From contig NC_042998.1 of the NCBI RefSeq assembly GCF_006345805.1, forward strand, positions 74,152,001-74,216,000: a stretch of 64,000 nucleotides of DNA, in the 5' to 3' direction. The notes under the pieces were generated by a model, which worked only from the letters and a program-made list of their open reading frames with translations, was not told where the DNA came from and did no database searches. The DNA comes from Octopus sinensis. Its lineage: Eukaryota. The position numbers and the translations under genes were made by a program. Numbering within the stretch: position 1 is the first letter of the stretch; each line of letters opens with the position of its first letter. Positions 1-12,560 of the stretch are shown here, piece after piece.

Positions 1-376
1 TTCAGTCGTTTGACTGTGGCCATGCTGGAGCACCGCCTTTAGACAAGAAAATCGACCCAGGACTTATTCTTTGAAAGCCTAGTACTTATTCTATCGGTCT
101 CTTTTGCCGAACTGCTAAGTTACAGAGATGCAACCACACCAGCATCGGTTGTCAAGCGATGATGGTGGGGACAAACACAGACACACAAACACACATACAT
201 ACATATATATATACAAATATACGACGGGCTTCTTTCAGTTTCCATCTATCAAATCCACTCACAAGGCTTTGGTTGGCCTGAGGCAATAGTAGAAGACACT
301 TGCCCAAGGTGCCACTCAGTGGGACTGAACCTGGAACCATGTGGTTGGTAAGCAAGCTACTTACCACACAGCCAAT

Positions 377-380
<4 letters not shown>
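1..380 (-). mobile_element. tRNA-derived SINE (CORE-like family), truncated by window edge
   Basis: The reverse strand reads GGCTGTGTGGTAAG (A-box-like), GGTTCAGTCCC (B-box-like) and CCTTGGGCAAGTGTCTTC. The same sequence recurs many times in the window. Confidence 0.85.
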
Positions 381-420
<40 letters not shown>

Positions 421-500
421 CACATATATGTATGTATATATGTATGTATGTATGCATGTATGTATGTATGTACCTATGTATGTGAGTGTTTGTATCTGTA
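381..500. repeat. (TA)n/(TATG)n microsatellite
   Basis: Direct reading of the sequence. Confidence 0.95.
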
Positions 501-592
501 TGTGACAGTTGTAAATGATTGTCACTGTCATACAAACAATGTCATCCATTTCCAATAGTCTGCAAAAATATGTCTGGCGATGGGGAAATATC

Positions 593-890
593 ACCTGGCT
601 TGGAATCAGGTAAGGGCTGGTGACAAGAAGGGCATCTGGTCATGGAAAAACTTGTCCCAATACACACATGCTTCAAAAAGTGGATGTTAAATGATGATGA
701 TGATGGCCAAGGGAAAGGCATCTCCAGTGAGTTAACTTAGGAAGAGTACCCAGCCATAGAAACCATACCAAAAGAGGCAATGAAACCTGGTGTGACTCCT
801 GGCCTTTCTAACTCCTGTCAAACCATCCAGCCCATGCCAGAATGGAAAATGAACATTAAATGATGATGATGATGATGATGATGATGATGC
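593..890 (+). mobile_element. Two tandem 3' ends of a (GAT)n-tailed retroposon
   Basis: Both end in ...TTAAATGATGATGAT and resemble the tails at 31950-32105 and 35130-35300. Confidence 0.65.
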
Positions 891-899
891 TAAATATGT

Positions 900-921
900 A
901 TGCATATATTCTACATATATT

Positions 922-975
<54 letters not shown>

Positions 976-1118
976 TATATATATATATGCTTGTGTGTAT
1001 GTATATGTGTACATATGCACGTATGTTTATGTCTGTGTGTGTGCGTGCATGTGTGTGTGCATGCATGTGTGTGTGCATGCATGTGTGTGTGTGTCTCTCT
1101 CTCTATATATATATATAT

Positions 1119-1151
<33 letters not shown>

Positions 1152-1170
1152 TATGTGTGTGTGTGTGTGG
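900..1170. repeat. Compound TA/TG/CA microsatellite
   Basis: Direct reading of the sequence. Confidence 0.95.
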
Positions 1171-1781
1171 TGTATGCACATGTACCAAAATGTAACTATC
1201 TTACATAACAAATAAGCAATTTTGTGTCACTACGACTTCCTGATGCAGTAATAAATACATTTTAATCCCTCAAAGTCACTATCAAGGACAAACATTGATG
1301 ATATCTCATTGATGCCCCACAGATCAAACCTACCTAATCAAGGCCGGAAAAAACAGCCCTAAAAGGCCAGCTGCTTGGCTAGTGAAATACTGCTTGCATA
1401 TCTGTGATTGTGTTACATTTATATGCAAACATTCAGTATCCTATCCAAGATTGGATCATTCTGCTTTAAATGTTGGTTCACAGAGATGCTATTTTTTTAT
1501 ATATGTATATATATATCGTAATAGTATTACAATGGTTTATGTTCCTCTCAACTAGTAAACTATCAAGAATGTTTCGAAATCTCATTTGTAATGTATTATA
1601 TTGCTATGAATGTGATAACAGGTCTGATATATTTTTATTTTTACTACTTTTTTACATCTTCCCCAGAAACCATGAAATGTCAAACTAAACAGAAGAAATA
1701 AACAATAGCATCTGTAATACCTATTTATCTATCTATCTATCTATCTATCAGTCTGTTTGTCAGTATGTATGCATATGTATG

Positions 1782-1852
<71 letters not shown>

Positions 1853-1857
1853 ATGTA

Positions 1858-1912
<55 letters not shown>

Positions 1913-1918
<6 letters not shown>

Positions 1919-2371
1919 ATACTCGGAGGATAAGAAACGGAACATAGTGAAGAATTGAACGAACCCGACGCGAAGCGCTGTCAGACAATAGTGTAATAAA
2001 TAAAATATATGCATACATACAAACATATATGTACGTACCTACATCTACATGTATATATACATGCATATATAAATATATATACATAAGTACAGGACACCAC
2101 AAAAAAGACATAGAACTCGACAGAAATGAAAACGGAAAAGCCATTTTTTTACAACAATGTTTTTCCCGTTTTCGTTCTCGTCCTGTTCCACGTCTCTGTC
2201 TTTCTGTTGTAAAAAAATGGCTTTTCCGTTTTCGTTTCTGTCGAGTTCTACGTCTATTTGTGGTGTCCTGTACTTACGTATATATATTTATATATGCATG
2301 TATATATACATGTAGATGTAGGTACGTACATATATGTTTGTATGTATGCATATATTTTATTTATTACACTA
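1913..2371. repeat. Fold-back element with ~168-bp arms, probably an inverted terminal-repeat junction of a retroelement
   Basis: Arms at 1989-2156 and 2205-2371 are near-perfect reverse complements around a 48-bp spacer. The right arm matches 37980-38101. Confidence 0.75.
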
Positions 2372-2428
2372 TATATAATATATATATATATATATGTTAA
2401 ATGATGATGATGATATATATATATATAT

Positions 2429-2460
<32 letters not shown>

Positions 2461-2599
2461 TTAACATCTGTTTTCTATGCTGTTGTGGGCTGGATGCTTT
2501 AACAGGAACTGACCAGCAGAAGGGCCATTCAGACTCCCTGTCTGTTTTGGCATGGTTTCTACAGCTGCATCATGATGGTGCTCTTTGCCAGCTCACTAC

Positions 2600-2663
2600 C
2601 TTAATAATAATTATTATTATTATAATTATAATAATGATGATAATAATAATGATGACGATGATG

Positions 2664-2708
<45 letters not shown>

Positions 2709-2725
2709 TAATAATAACAACAACA

Positions 2726-2769
<44 letters not shown>
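2600..2769. repeat. (AAT)n microsatellite
   Basis: Direct reading of the sequence. Confidence 0.95.
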
Positions 2770-2770
<1 letters not shown>

Positions 2771-4100
2771 GAATATGAGTGAAGTAAAGAATATAGATAG
2801 GAAAATACGTAAGCTGCTGAGTTGTAATAGGATGCACCACCCAAAGGCAGACGTAGATCAGCTTTACCTTCCCAGAGCCCAAGGAGGTCGAGGCCTGATC
2901 CAATTTGAACTAGCTTACAAAACAACCACAATTGGACTGGCCAAATATCTCGAAATAACGAATGACTGGATGCTAAAGCTCGTGGAAAATCACGAGAGAT
3001 GAAAAAAGCTTCATTCTATCATAAAGGAAAGCAAAAAATTTGCTATTGATCTCGTGCAGGATACCCAAATTGAACAACCCGAGGGAAGTACGGCAACTAT
3101 TGTTGCAAAGAAGGTGAAAATAATGGCAACGAAAAAAGCGCACAAGCAATTGGCTGATAGGTGGGAGGAGAAACCTCTGCACGGCAAATATGTGGCCCGC
3201 AGCAAACAAGCTGATGTTGACCAGAAGCAAACCCATCAATGGCTACGGAGCTCAGGGCTAAAAGCAGAGAGCGAAGGTTTCATCCTGGCTACTCAAGATC
3301 AAAGCCTATTAACCCGGAACTACCAGGCCAACGTGATGAAAAATGGAGCAGACCCAAAATGCCGATTCTGCAATGACATGATTGAAACAGTGGACCACCT
3401 AATCTCTGGATGTAAAGTCTTAGCACCAGTTGAGTATAAATTAAGACATGACAGAGTTGGCCAATATCTACACTGGCTAATAAGTCAGCATTACAATATC
3501 AAAACTGCCGACAAGTGGTATAATCACCACCCTGAAGCTGTAACTGAAGGAGAGAATGTAACCATTCTGTGGACTTTCCAGTACATACAGACCGAACCAT
3601 CAAGGCCAATAAACCAGATATTGTTGTGAAAGACCAAAACAATAAAGTTTGCTTATTGATCGACATGAGCATCCCCTGTGATCATAATATCTCAGCGAAA
3701 GAGTTTGACAAGCTCAGAAAATATAAAGACCTGCACATTGAAATTGAGAAAATGTGGCATCTCAAGGCGGTTACAATACCAGTGATTGTAGGAGCACTAG
3801 GAATGATCAAGAAGGGAACTGAAAATTATATGAGAATGATCCCTGGCTTACCATCCCTGCAAGAAGTGCAAAAGATTGTCTTAACTGGTACATCACACGT
3901 ATTGAGAAGAGCATTGTCGATGTGAGAACTGTTGCTGCTCATGTATTTTAATATAACTTAAAAAAAAAAAAAAAAAATGAACGAACTATTGAGTTTAGTT
4001 TAATGGCCTACCAATGTATACTATGAGTTTCTTTGCCCTAGGAGTCAGGAAGACACTCGGCAAGAAATGGAAGCAAATTTGAAAGAAGAAAAAAAAAAGT
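2770..4100 (+). mobile_element. R4/Dong-like non-LTR retrotransposon, 5'-truncated 3' end (copy A), defective
   Basis: Motifs are HPKADVDQLYLPRAQGGRGL, a CCHC finger (CRFCNDMIETVDHLISGC), RHD and the restriction-like endonuclease ANKPDIVV...LLIDMSIP. It has a TGA at 3000-3002 and a frameshift near 3570, and is flanked by (AAT)n. Confidence 0.9.
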
Positions 4101-4123
4101 AATAATAATAATAATAATAATAA

Positions 4124-4153
<30 letters not shown>

Positions 4154-4154
<1 letters not shown>

Positions 4155-5468
4155 GAATATGAGTGAAGTAAAGAATATAGATAGGAAAATACGTAAGCTG
4201 CTGAGTTGTAATAGGATGCACCACCCAAAGGCAGACGTAGATCAGCTTTACCTTCCCAGAGCCCAAGGAGGTCGAGGCCTGATCCAATTTGAACTAGCTT
4301 ACAAAACAACCACAATTGGACTGGCCAAATATCTCGAAATAACGAATGACTGGATGCTAAAGCTCGTGGAAAATCACGAGAGATGAAAAAAGCTTCATTC
4401 TATCATAAAGGAAAGCAAAAAATTTGCTATTGATCTCGTGCAGGATACCCAAATTGAACAACCGAGGGAAGTACGGCAACTATTGTTGCAAAGAAGGTGA
4501 AAATAATGGCAACGAAAAAAGCGCACAAGCAATTAGCTGATAGGTGGGAGGAGAAACCTCTGCACGGCAAATATGTGGCCCGCAGCAAACAAGCTGATGT
4601 TGACCAGAAGCAAACCCATCAATGGCTACGGAGCTCAGGGCTAAAAGCAGAGAGCGAAGGTTTCATCCTGGCTACTCAAGATCAAAGCCTATTAACCCGG
4701 AACTACCAGGCCAACGTGATGAAAAATGGAGCAGACCCAAAATGCCGATTCTGCAATGACATGATTGAAACAGTGGACCACCTAATCTCTGGATGTAAAG
4801 TCTTAGCACCAGTTGAGTATAAATTAAGACATGACAGAGTTGGCCAATATCTACACTGGCTAATAAGTCAGCATTACAATATCAAAACTGCCGACAAGTG
4901 GTATAATCACCACCCTGAAGCTGTAACTGAAGGAGAGAATGTAACCATTCTGTGGGACTTTCCAGTACATACAGACCGAACCATCAAGGCCAATAAACCA
5001 GATATTGTTGTGAAAGACCAAAACAATAAAGTTTGCTTATTGATCGACATGAGCATCCCCTGTGATCATAATATCTCAGCGAAAGAGTTTGACAAGCTCA
5101 GAAAATATAAAGACCTGCACATTGAAATTGAGAAAATGTGGCATCTCAAGGCGGTTACAATACCAGTGATTGTAGGAGCTCTAGGAATGATAAAAAAAGG
5201 TACTGAAACCTATTTGAAAATGATACCAGGCTTACCATCCCAACAAGAAGTGCAAAAAATTGTGTTAACTGGAATGGCTCATGTACTGAGAAGAGCATTA
5301 TTGCTGTGAAAACAACATCCATTCATGAGTATATTTATTTATTAATTTTTTTAATACATATTTTACCTGTGAATTTGCGTGTGAGATCTGGAAATGCTTC
5401 TCTGCCCTAGGTGTACGGAAAACACTGGGCGAGAAACGGAAGAAAATCTGAAGAAAGAAGGAAAAAAA
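4154..5468 (+). mobile_element. R4/Dong-like LINE copy B, chimeric (A-type 5' part, C-type 3' part)
   Basis: Nearly identical to copy A up to ~5156, including the shared TGA at 4384-4386. Identical by eye to copy C from 5180. ORF 4497-5309 carries the zinc finger and RLE motifs. Confidence 0.9.
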
Positions 5469-5479
5469 TAATAATAATA

Positions 5480-5525
<46 letters not shown>

Positions 5526-5530
5526 TAATA

Positions 5531-6622
5531 TGAAAGACCGAAAAAACTTCACTCTATTCTGAAAGAGAGCAAAAAATTCGCTACTGATCTCTTAAATACC
5601 CACCAGATTGATCAGATTGAAGGAAATGTGCCAACTGCTGCTGCAAAGAAAATAAAATTGATTGCAAAGACAAAAGCGCATGAAAAATTAGCTAGCAGAT
5701 GGGAACAGAAACCTCTGCATGGCAAGTATGTGGCCTGTAGCAAACAACCTGATGTCGACCAGAAACACATGCACCAATGGTTACTAAGCTCAAGGCTAAA
5801 AGCGGAGAGTGAAGGTTTAATATTAGCTGCTCAAGACCAAATCTTTTTAACCCGGAACTACCAAGCCAATGTAATAAAAAATGGAGCTGACCCAAAATGC
5901 CAATTCTGTAATGATGAGATTGAAACTATAGACCACTTAATCTCAGGGTGTAGAGTTTTAGCACCTGTAGAATACAAAGCAAGACATGACAGAGTCGGCC
6001 AGTATTTACACTGGACAATATGTCAGCATTATAAAATCAAACCTCTGATAAATGGTACAAACACCATCCTGAAGCTGTGACTGAGGGAAAACATGTGCCA
6101 ATTCTATGGGACTTCCCCGTACAGACCAACAAAAATGTACAAGCTAACAAACCGGATATTATTATAAAAGATCAGGCAAAAAGGATGTGCTTATTAATTG
6201 ACATGAGTATCCCTTGCAATCACAATATAGCAGTGAAAGAATTTGACAAGATCAGTAAATATAAAGACTTGCTAATAGAAATTGAAAAAAATGTAGCATC
6301 TCAAGGTGACTACAATACCAGTGATTGTAGGAGCTCTAGGAATGATAAAAAAAGGTACTGAAACCTATTTGAAAATGATACCAGGCTTACCATCCCAACA
6401 AGAAGTGCAAAAAATTGTGTTAACTGGAATGGCTCATGTACTGAGAAGAGCATTATTGCTGTGAAAACAACATCCATTCATGAGTATATTTATTTATTAA
6501 TTTTTTTAATACATATTTTACCTGTGAATTTGCGTGTGAGATCTGGAAATGCTTCTCTGCCCTAGGTGTACGGAAAACACTGGGCGAGAAACGGAAGAAA
6601 ATCTGAAGAAAGAAGGAAAAAA
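5531..6622 (+). mobile_element. R4/Dong-like LINE copy C, diverged subfamily, defective
   Basis: Motifs are KPLHGKY, CQFCNDEIETIDHLISGC, RHD and ILWDFPVQT...NKPDIII...LLIDMSIP. It has frameshifts and an (AAT)n tail. Confidence 0.9.
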
Positions 6623-6642
6623 ATAATAATAATAATTATAAT

Positions 6643-6855
6643 GGTTTCAAATTTTGGCATAAGGGCAGAAATTTGTAGGAGGGAGTAAGCAAATTACAAT
6701 GATCCCAGTGTTCAACTGGTGCTTATATTGTTAACCCTGTAATGGTGAAAGCAAAATCAATCTTGGCAGTATTTGAAGTCAGAATGTAGAGACAGACGAA
6801 ATGCCACTAAGCATTTTACCTGGCATTCTAAAGATTCTGCCAGCTTACCCCCTTA
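6643..6855 (-). mobile_element. tRNA-derived SINE (second family, possibly Meta-domain) with (ATT)n tail, CpG-decayed
   Basis: Homologous to the copies at 21798-22033 and 46345-46555. Confidence 0.7.
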
Positions 6856-6858
6856 ATG

Positions 6859-6928
<70 letters not shown>

Positions 6929-6953
6929 TAATAATAATAACAACAACAACAAC

Positions 6954-7030
<77 letters not shown>

Positions 7031-7082
7031 TAATAATAATAATAATAATAATAACAATAATAATAATAATAATAGTAATAAA
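6856..7082. repeat. (AAT)n microsatellite
   Basis: Direct reading of the sequence. Confidence 0.95.
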
Positions 7083-7638
7083 TGCCCTGATGCAGTACCA
7101 GGCACTGCCTCTCGTGGCTTCTGAACTTAACTGATTGGAAATGTTATCATGTACATTGTTTTGTCTTTGGTATAAAAGATTGGCTACAGAAAATATTCTG
7201 CTCGATACCATAGATTTGCTTGTCAGTTGTTTGATCTTAACCAATTGAGCATGTCCCTTGGTGGTTGATGTTATGAGCATCTCTGATCCCATGCAGAAGT
7301 AGTGGGGGGGCATCATAGCCATGTGCTGAGAGGAATTCCTTGGGATTTAAATAATTCACTCCTGGAAACATGACTGTTTTGTTCCACAACCTTAAACAAC
7401 ACTTATTTAGGGACTCTTTGAGTGGGATGGGCTTCTCGACCTGAAATAAACTCTAACTGGACCCCACCCACAAAGCCATGCACTGTTTATCTTGATATGA
7501 GATCACCATGTCGCACACATATGGTTGTGATGCATGTGCTTGGTGTACTCTTGTCAGACCGGTAGACATGATGGGTATACTGGGCTTCCTTTATTTTACC
7601 CCAGTGTCACTTTGATGGCATGCACTGCTCTTTCACTC
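7083..7638. mobile_element. Unclassified ~556-bp non-coding element embedded in (AAT)n
   Basis: A sharp-edged complex sequence between two (AAT)n tracts, with no credible ORF or TIR. It resembles an interspersed repeat from recall only. Confidence 0.5.
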
Positions 7639-7663
7639 AATGATAATCATAATTATGATAATC

Positions 7664-7706
<43 letters not shown>

Positions 7707-9324
7707 TAATACTAAGGAGAGTATTGTCTTTTTGAGTCACAGGACAAGGCACTACATGAAACCTTTGGTGATTTGTTATTGCCTGCTTTCAAGTAACAAC
7801 CAACCGGTAATTAAGAGCTATCCAACAGTCTTTCATCATCATCATAAATTGAAGAGGAAATGTATAAGACGTGTTTAACAGACAAAAGTTGACCATCTCC
7901 ATATATAACAATATATGCTTTAACACATGATTTCACATCAAGAATCTTGCAAAACTAATGCATAAATCTATATATTTATATATATGTATATGTGTTTATA
8001 TATATATATATATAATATATATATAATATATATATATATATTATATATATATATATGTATATATATGTATATATATGCATGTATCTGGGCCTATTCATCC
8101 TCAATAGGTTGAAGACCATATTCACAGGCCTCTCCGGTGGTCTCTACCGCGATGATGGCCTTTTTACCCTCCACAAAATAAACCCCAGGACCACGGATGG
8201 GTTCCGGAAAAACCTTTACACTTTTTTAAAAACTTAGGCCTTAGGATTACCTTAGATTCGAACTTAACCAAAGCTAACTTCCTTGACGCTACCCTCGATT
8301 TAGAAACCTCCCTTTATTACCCGTACCATAAACCTAATGAATCCCTTAGATACATAGACATTAATTCTAACCACCCCAAAAATATATTAGACAACCTAAT
8401 GAAAAGTGTCTCCATTAGGATATCTAGCCTCTCTGCCACTGAGGATATCTTTAATGCCACAGCCCCCTATTACAACGAGGCCCTGGCCCGCAGTGGCTTT
8501 AGAGATAAGATCACCTACATTAGCATAGCCCCACGCCCACCCAAGAATAATAGGTGATGACACATTAGCTGGTACAACCCCCCCTTCAACCGTGAAGTTT
8601 CAACACCTGTAGCTAAAATTTTCTTCACTCTCTTACAAAAACACTTCCCCACCCAACATAAGTACTATACAATCCTTAATAAGAACACTATTAGACTCTC
8701 CTACTCCACCACACCCAATCTAGCTAGGAACCTAGCCAACAATAACGTCAAAAAACTTAATAAATCTACTTTTTCCGAAGCCCATCCAGCATCCGACAGC
8801 AACTGCAATTGCAACTGCCCTGATAAGACTACTTGCCCCCTCAACAACAACTGCCTACAGAAAGATCTCGTCTACATATGCGATGTATGATCGAGCCCTG
8901 ATGATAAAAGAAAATCGTACATCGGAATGACCTCAAATAGTTTAAGACTCGATGGTACGCCCACACACATTCGTTCCGGTGACCTGACAAATCTAACCAG
9001 ACTACTCTCGCCGCCCATATCTGGCACCTTAAAAGGAACTCCATCCCCTTCAAGATCAAGTGGAGACTACTCCAGAGAGCGCGTTCTTACACGGGAGGCC
9101 ATACTTGCTGTGACCTTTGCATTTCTGAGAGCTTGGAGATCTTATTCGCCAAAGGCCCTCTCCTCAACAAGATCTCGGAACACTCCCCAAACTGTATGCA
9201 CAAAATCTATGCAAACTACAAAAATTACAGACCCACCCGGCCACCCGATTGACGACCCGCCCCCACAAACCCCCCACCACACCACCGTTCCTTCATCAGC
9301 CCCAATTACCTTCTCTCCTAAGAC

Positions 9325-9471
9325 TATATACATATATATATATACATATGTATATATGCACATATATGTATATATGTGCATATATATGTATGTGTGCATA
9401 TGTATGTGTACATATGTATGTGTATGCGTGTACATGTGTGTATGTGTATATATGTGCATATGTATGTATGC

Positions 9472-9507
<36 letters not shown>

Positions 9508-10174
9508 GTTTGTATGTGTGTGTATGTATTTATGTATGTATGTGTGTACATGTGTATATATTTATATGTATGTATATACATATGTATATGTTATGTATGT
9601 ATATATATATATATATGTATGTATATGTATGTATGTATATGTATGTGTATATATGTGCATATGTATGTGTACATATGTATGTGTATGCGTGTACATGTGT
9701 TTATGTGTATATATATATATGTGTGTGTGTGTATGTGTATGTATGTGTATTTGCATGTATATATTTATGTATGCGTATGTGTATTTATATATACATGTGT
9801 ATTTGTATAGAAATGTATGTGTGTATGCATGTATATATGTGTATGGATGTATGTATATATATATATATATATATATGGACATGTAGATTTATGTATGTGT
9901 ATATATATGTGTGTCTGTATGTATATGCATGTGTGTATTTATATATGCATGTATGTATTTATATGCGTATATATACTTATATATGCGTATATATATTTAT
10001 ATACACATATGTTTTTATATGTGTATATGTTTTTATATATGCGTGTATATTTTTATGTGTGTGTTTGTGTGTACATATGTATATTTATGTATGTGTTTAT
10101 ATATGCATAATTATGTATATGTTATATGTACGTAGGTATATTTATGTATGTATACTTATGTGTATTTGTATGTG

Positions 10175-10245
<71 letters not shown>

Positions 10246-10440
10246 GTGAGTGTGTGTGTGTATGTAGGTGTATGTATGTATATATATATATATTATATAT
10301 ATATATATATGTGTGTATGTATATATATATGTATGTATATGTATGTATGTATATATATGTGCGTATGTATGTATACATATGTATATTCGCATGTGTATGT
10401 ATGTGTGTTTGTATGTATATTTATTTATTTTATATGTTTT
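9325..10440. repeat. ~1.1-kb compound TA/TG/TATG microsatellite inside the PLE 3' region
   Basis: Direct reading of the sequence. It is the source of the spurious 319-aa and 426-aa ORFs. Confidence 0.95.
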
Positions 10441-10770
10441 TTCATGTATATTTATCTATTTATTCTTTCCACCTAACAATAACAAACTGCCTACCTCTTC
10501 TTGACCACCAAAAAGCAATTGTCTTCTAATTTACCTAAAATCCCATCCTATATATCTGTTTCTATTCATTTATTCTATTTATTCATTTATTTATTTTCTC
10601 ACTGATTCTTCTCATTTCAAAAAATACTCTGGCCTTTTGACCACTCCCCTAAGAACAATAGCTTGTGCCCTGTTTATCTCCTAAATACCAACCTACCCAA
10701 AAAACGTCCCCCACCACCACTCCATTAAATCTGCCTAAATGCATAAATACCAGAACTTATTTTGACAGCC

Positions 10771-10821
10771 AGCTTCCTGAAGATTTCATCTGAATGAAAC
10801 AGTTCTAGTCCTGTAGAAGCT
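10771..10821 (+). ncRNA. Type I hammerhead ribozyme motif (PLE-associated, partly degenerate)
   Basis: AGCTTC-CTGAAGA-[tttcatctgaat]-GAAA-CAG-[ttctagtc]-CTG-TA-GAAGCT gives a 6-bp stem I, CUGANGA and GAAA cores, stem III and a GUA site. Stem II is weak. Confidence 0.7.
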
Positions 10822-11999
10822 CCTTCTATAAAATAAATTACTTTACTCTGCTATGTATTGAGTACCTTATTTACTGTGGTTAACCCCGACTCAACCTGGG
10901 ACCTACATATATGTATTATATATAGATAATTATATATGTTTGCTGCTAAACATTATCCCAAAAGCTTGCTGCTGTAGTATGCGGCACGTAAAGTATAGCA
11001 TTTCATTTAAGGTTAAAGTTTGAACTACTAAGAGCGTTTCAGATATAGATTGAAATAGTAGAATTCATCTTAACCATCAGACGCCAAACAAAATGTTATG
11101 TAAATAAACTTGTAACATTTTAGACAGAGAAGAAAGAATACGTTTCCAAAACGTCATTTTTTCAAGGAGTTACATTCTGTGTAAAATAAATACGTTAATG
11201 CAACTATGGATTTCACTTCTACTTTTCCTGACAGATACCTGCCCGCTTAAGGAGCATGCCATCATTGACAATTTCATAGGGATAATCTATTTTGGTGAGA
11301 AGATTTGAATAACAAAGATAAGATGACTTGCTGCAAACAGTGTGTTTTTCATTTGCTTGTTTTTTTGGGTTTTTTTTTTTGTTTTTGTTTTTTGTCAGTA
11401 CCACAGTTTGCCCTGGCCTGTTTTTGGAACAACTAATTTGGTTATGAAAGCTGTTACAAATTTATTTCACTGTTTGTTCGGTGTAAGTGAAAATGCTGTG
11501 AAAACACAAAACACTCCAATGAAATATTGCTTGTGTGTCTAATCTGAAGAAGAAGAAGAAGAGAAGAAGAAGAAGAAGAAGAAGAAGAAAAGAAGTAGAA
11601 CAAGAAAGTGAGGTGGGTTGGGGAGGAAGGGGGGTTCAAAGAGGTGGGGGTGGGGGCCATGGGAAAGGGAGAGGTGTTGAAAGATTGCAGTGTTATTACA
11701 GTACAATGTAACATCATCCTCTTTCTCTTCCTCCACCATCCTCCTTCCTCCTCCCCTCCTCATCATCATCATCAACAACAACAACAAAAATAGAGGAAGA
11801 ACATCTTATGTAGCAATGTAGATTTCTACTTTTCCAAGCTGGTTTCAAGAGACATCTAAAATTGTCTCTCCACATGTGTTTGTTATGATATTCCACCATT
11901 TTGAAGTTTGTAAATTCAGTGCATATATATACACACATGTGAATGTTTTCTCCACATATGGATACGCACATGCATATTTTTATACATACATATTACACT

Positions 12000-12322
12000 T
12001 ACACAAATATATATGTACATAAAGTACATGTGTGCAAAAACATTCACACACACTCAAATACCTACACACATCCTCTCATATACATTAATACATATATACA
12101 TATATGTACACATGTATATAAATCATCATACATATATACATATCTATGTGTATATATATATGTGTGTGTGTATGTATGTATGTGTATATATATATGTATG
12201 CATGTATATATATATATATATCTATATTATATGCATATGTGTAAATATATATATATGTATATATATGTGTATATATATCATCATCGTTTAACGTCTGTTT
12301 TCCGCGCTAGCACGGGTTGGAC

Positions 12323-12356
<34 letters not shown>

Positions 12357-12560
12357 TATGTATATATACACACACACATATATATGTACACATATATATA
12401 TATACACACATATATATATAGATATATATGTATACATATATATATGTATATATATACATACATATATATATGTATACATATATATATGTATATATATACA
12501 TACATATATGTATGTATGTATGTATAGATATAGATATATACATACATGCATATATGAATT
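12000..12560. repeat. TA/CA-rich microsatellite region
   Basis: Direct reading of the sequence. Confidence 0.9.

Larger units (their letters stand above)
8082..10905 (+). mobile_element. Penelope-like element (RT plus C-terminal GIY-YIG), 5'-truncated, defective
   Basis: Translation across frameshifts gives GLYRDDGL (8145-8156 for YRDD), NFLDATLDL, NSNHP, WYNPPF, the CNCNC...CPLNNNC linker, VYIC...YIGMT and CDLC. A hammerhead motif lies downstream, and both ends sit in (TA)n. Confidence 0.88.

Noticed and set aside
8555-8990. In-frame TGA codons in the PLE as possible selenocysteine recoding
   Set aside because: They are not at Cys positions (the linker cysteines are normal codons). At least some fit CGA-to-TGA decay, frameshifts are also present, and the domain order is not that of the selenoprotein-encoding Naiad clade.
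9249-10529. 426-aa ORF and similar long Y/I/C/V/M/H/T-rich ORFs (e.g. 24478-25113, 41613-42361, 55749-56613)
   Set aside because: These are translations of dinucleotide and tetranucleotide microsatellites, which lack stop codons.
11219-11542. Exon-like segments on either strand near 11.2-11.5 kb
   Set aside because: Splice-like signals exist on both strands, but there is no recognisable peptide or consistent model.
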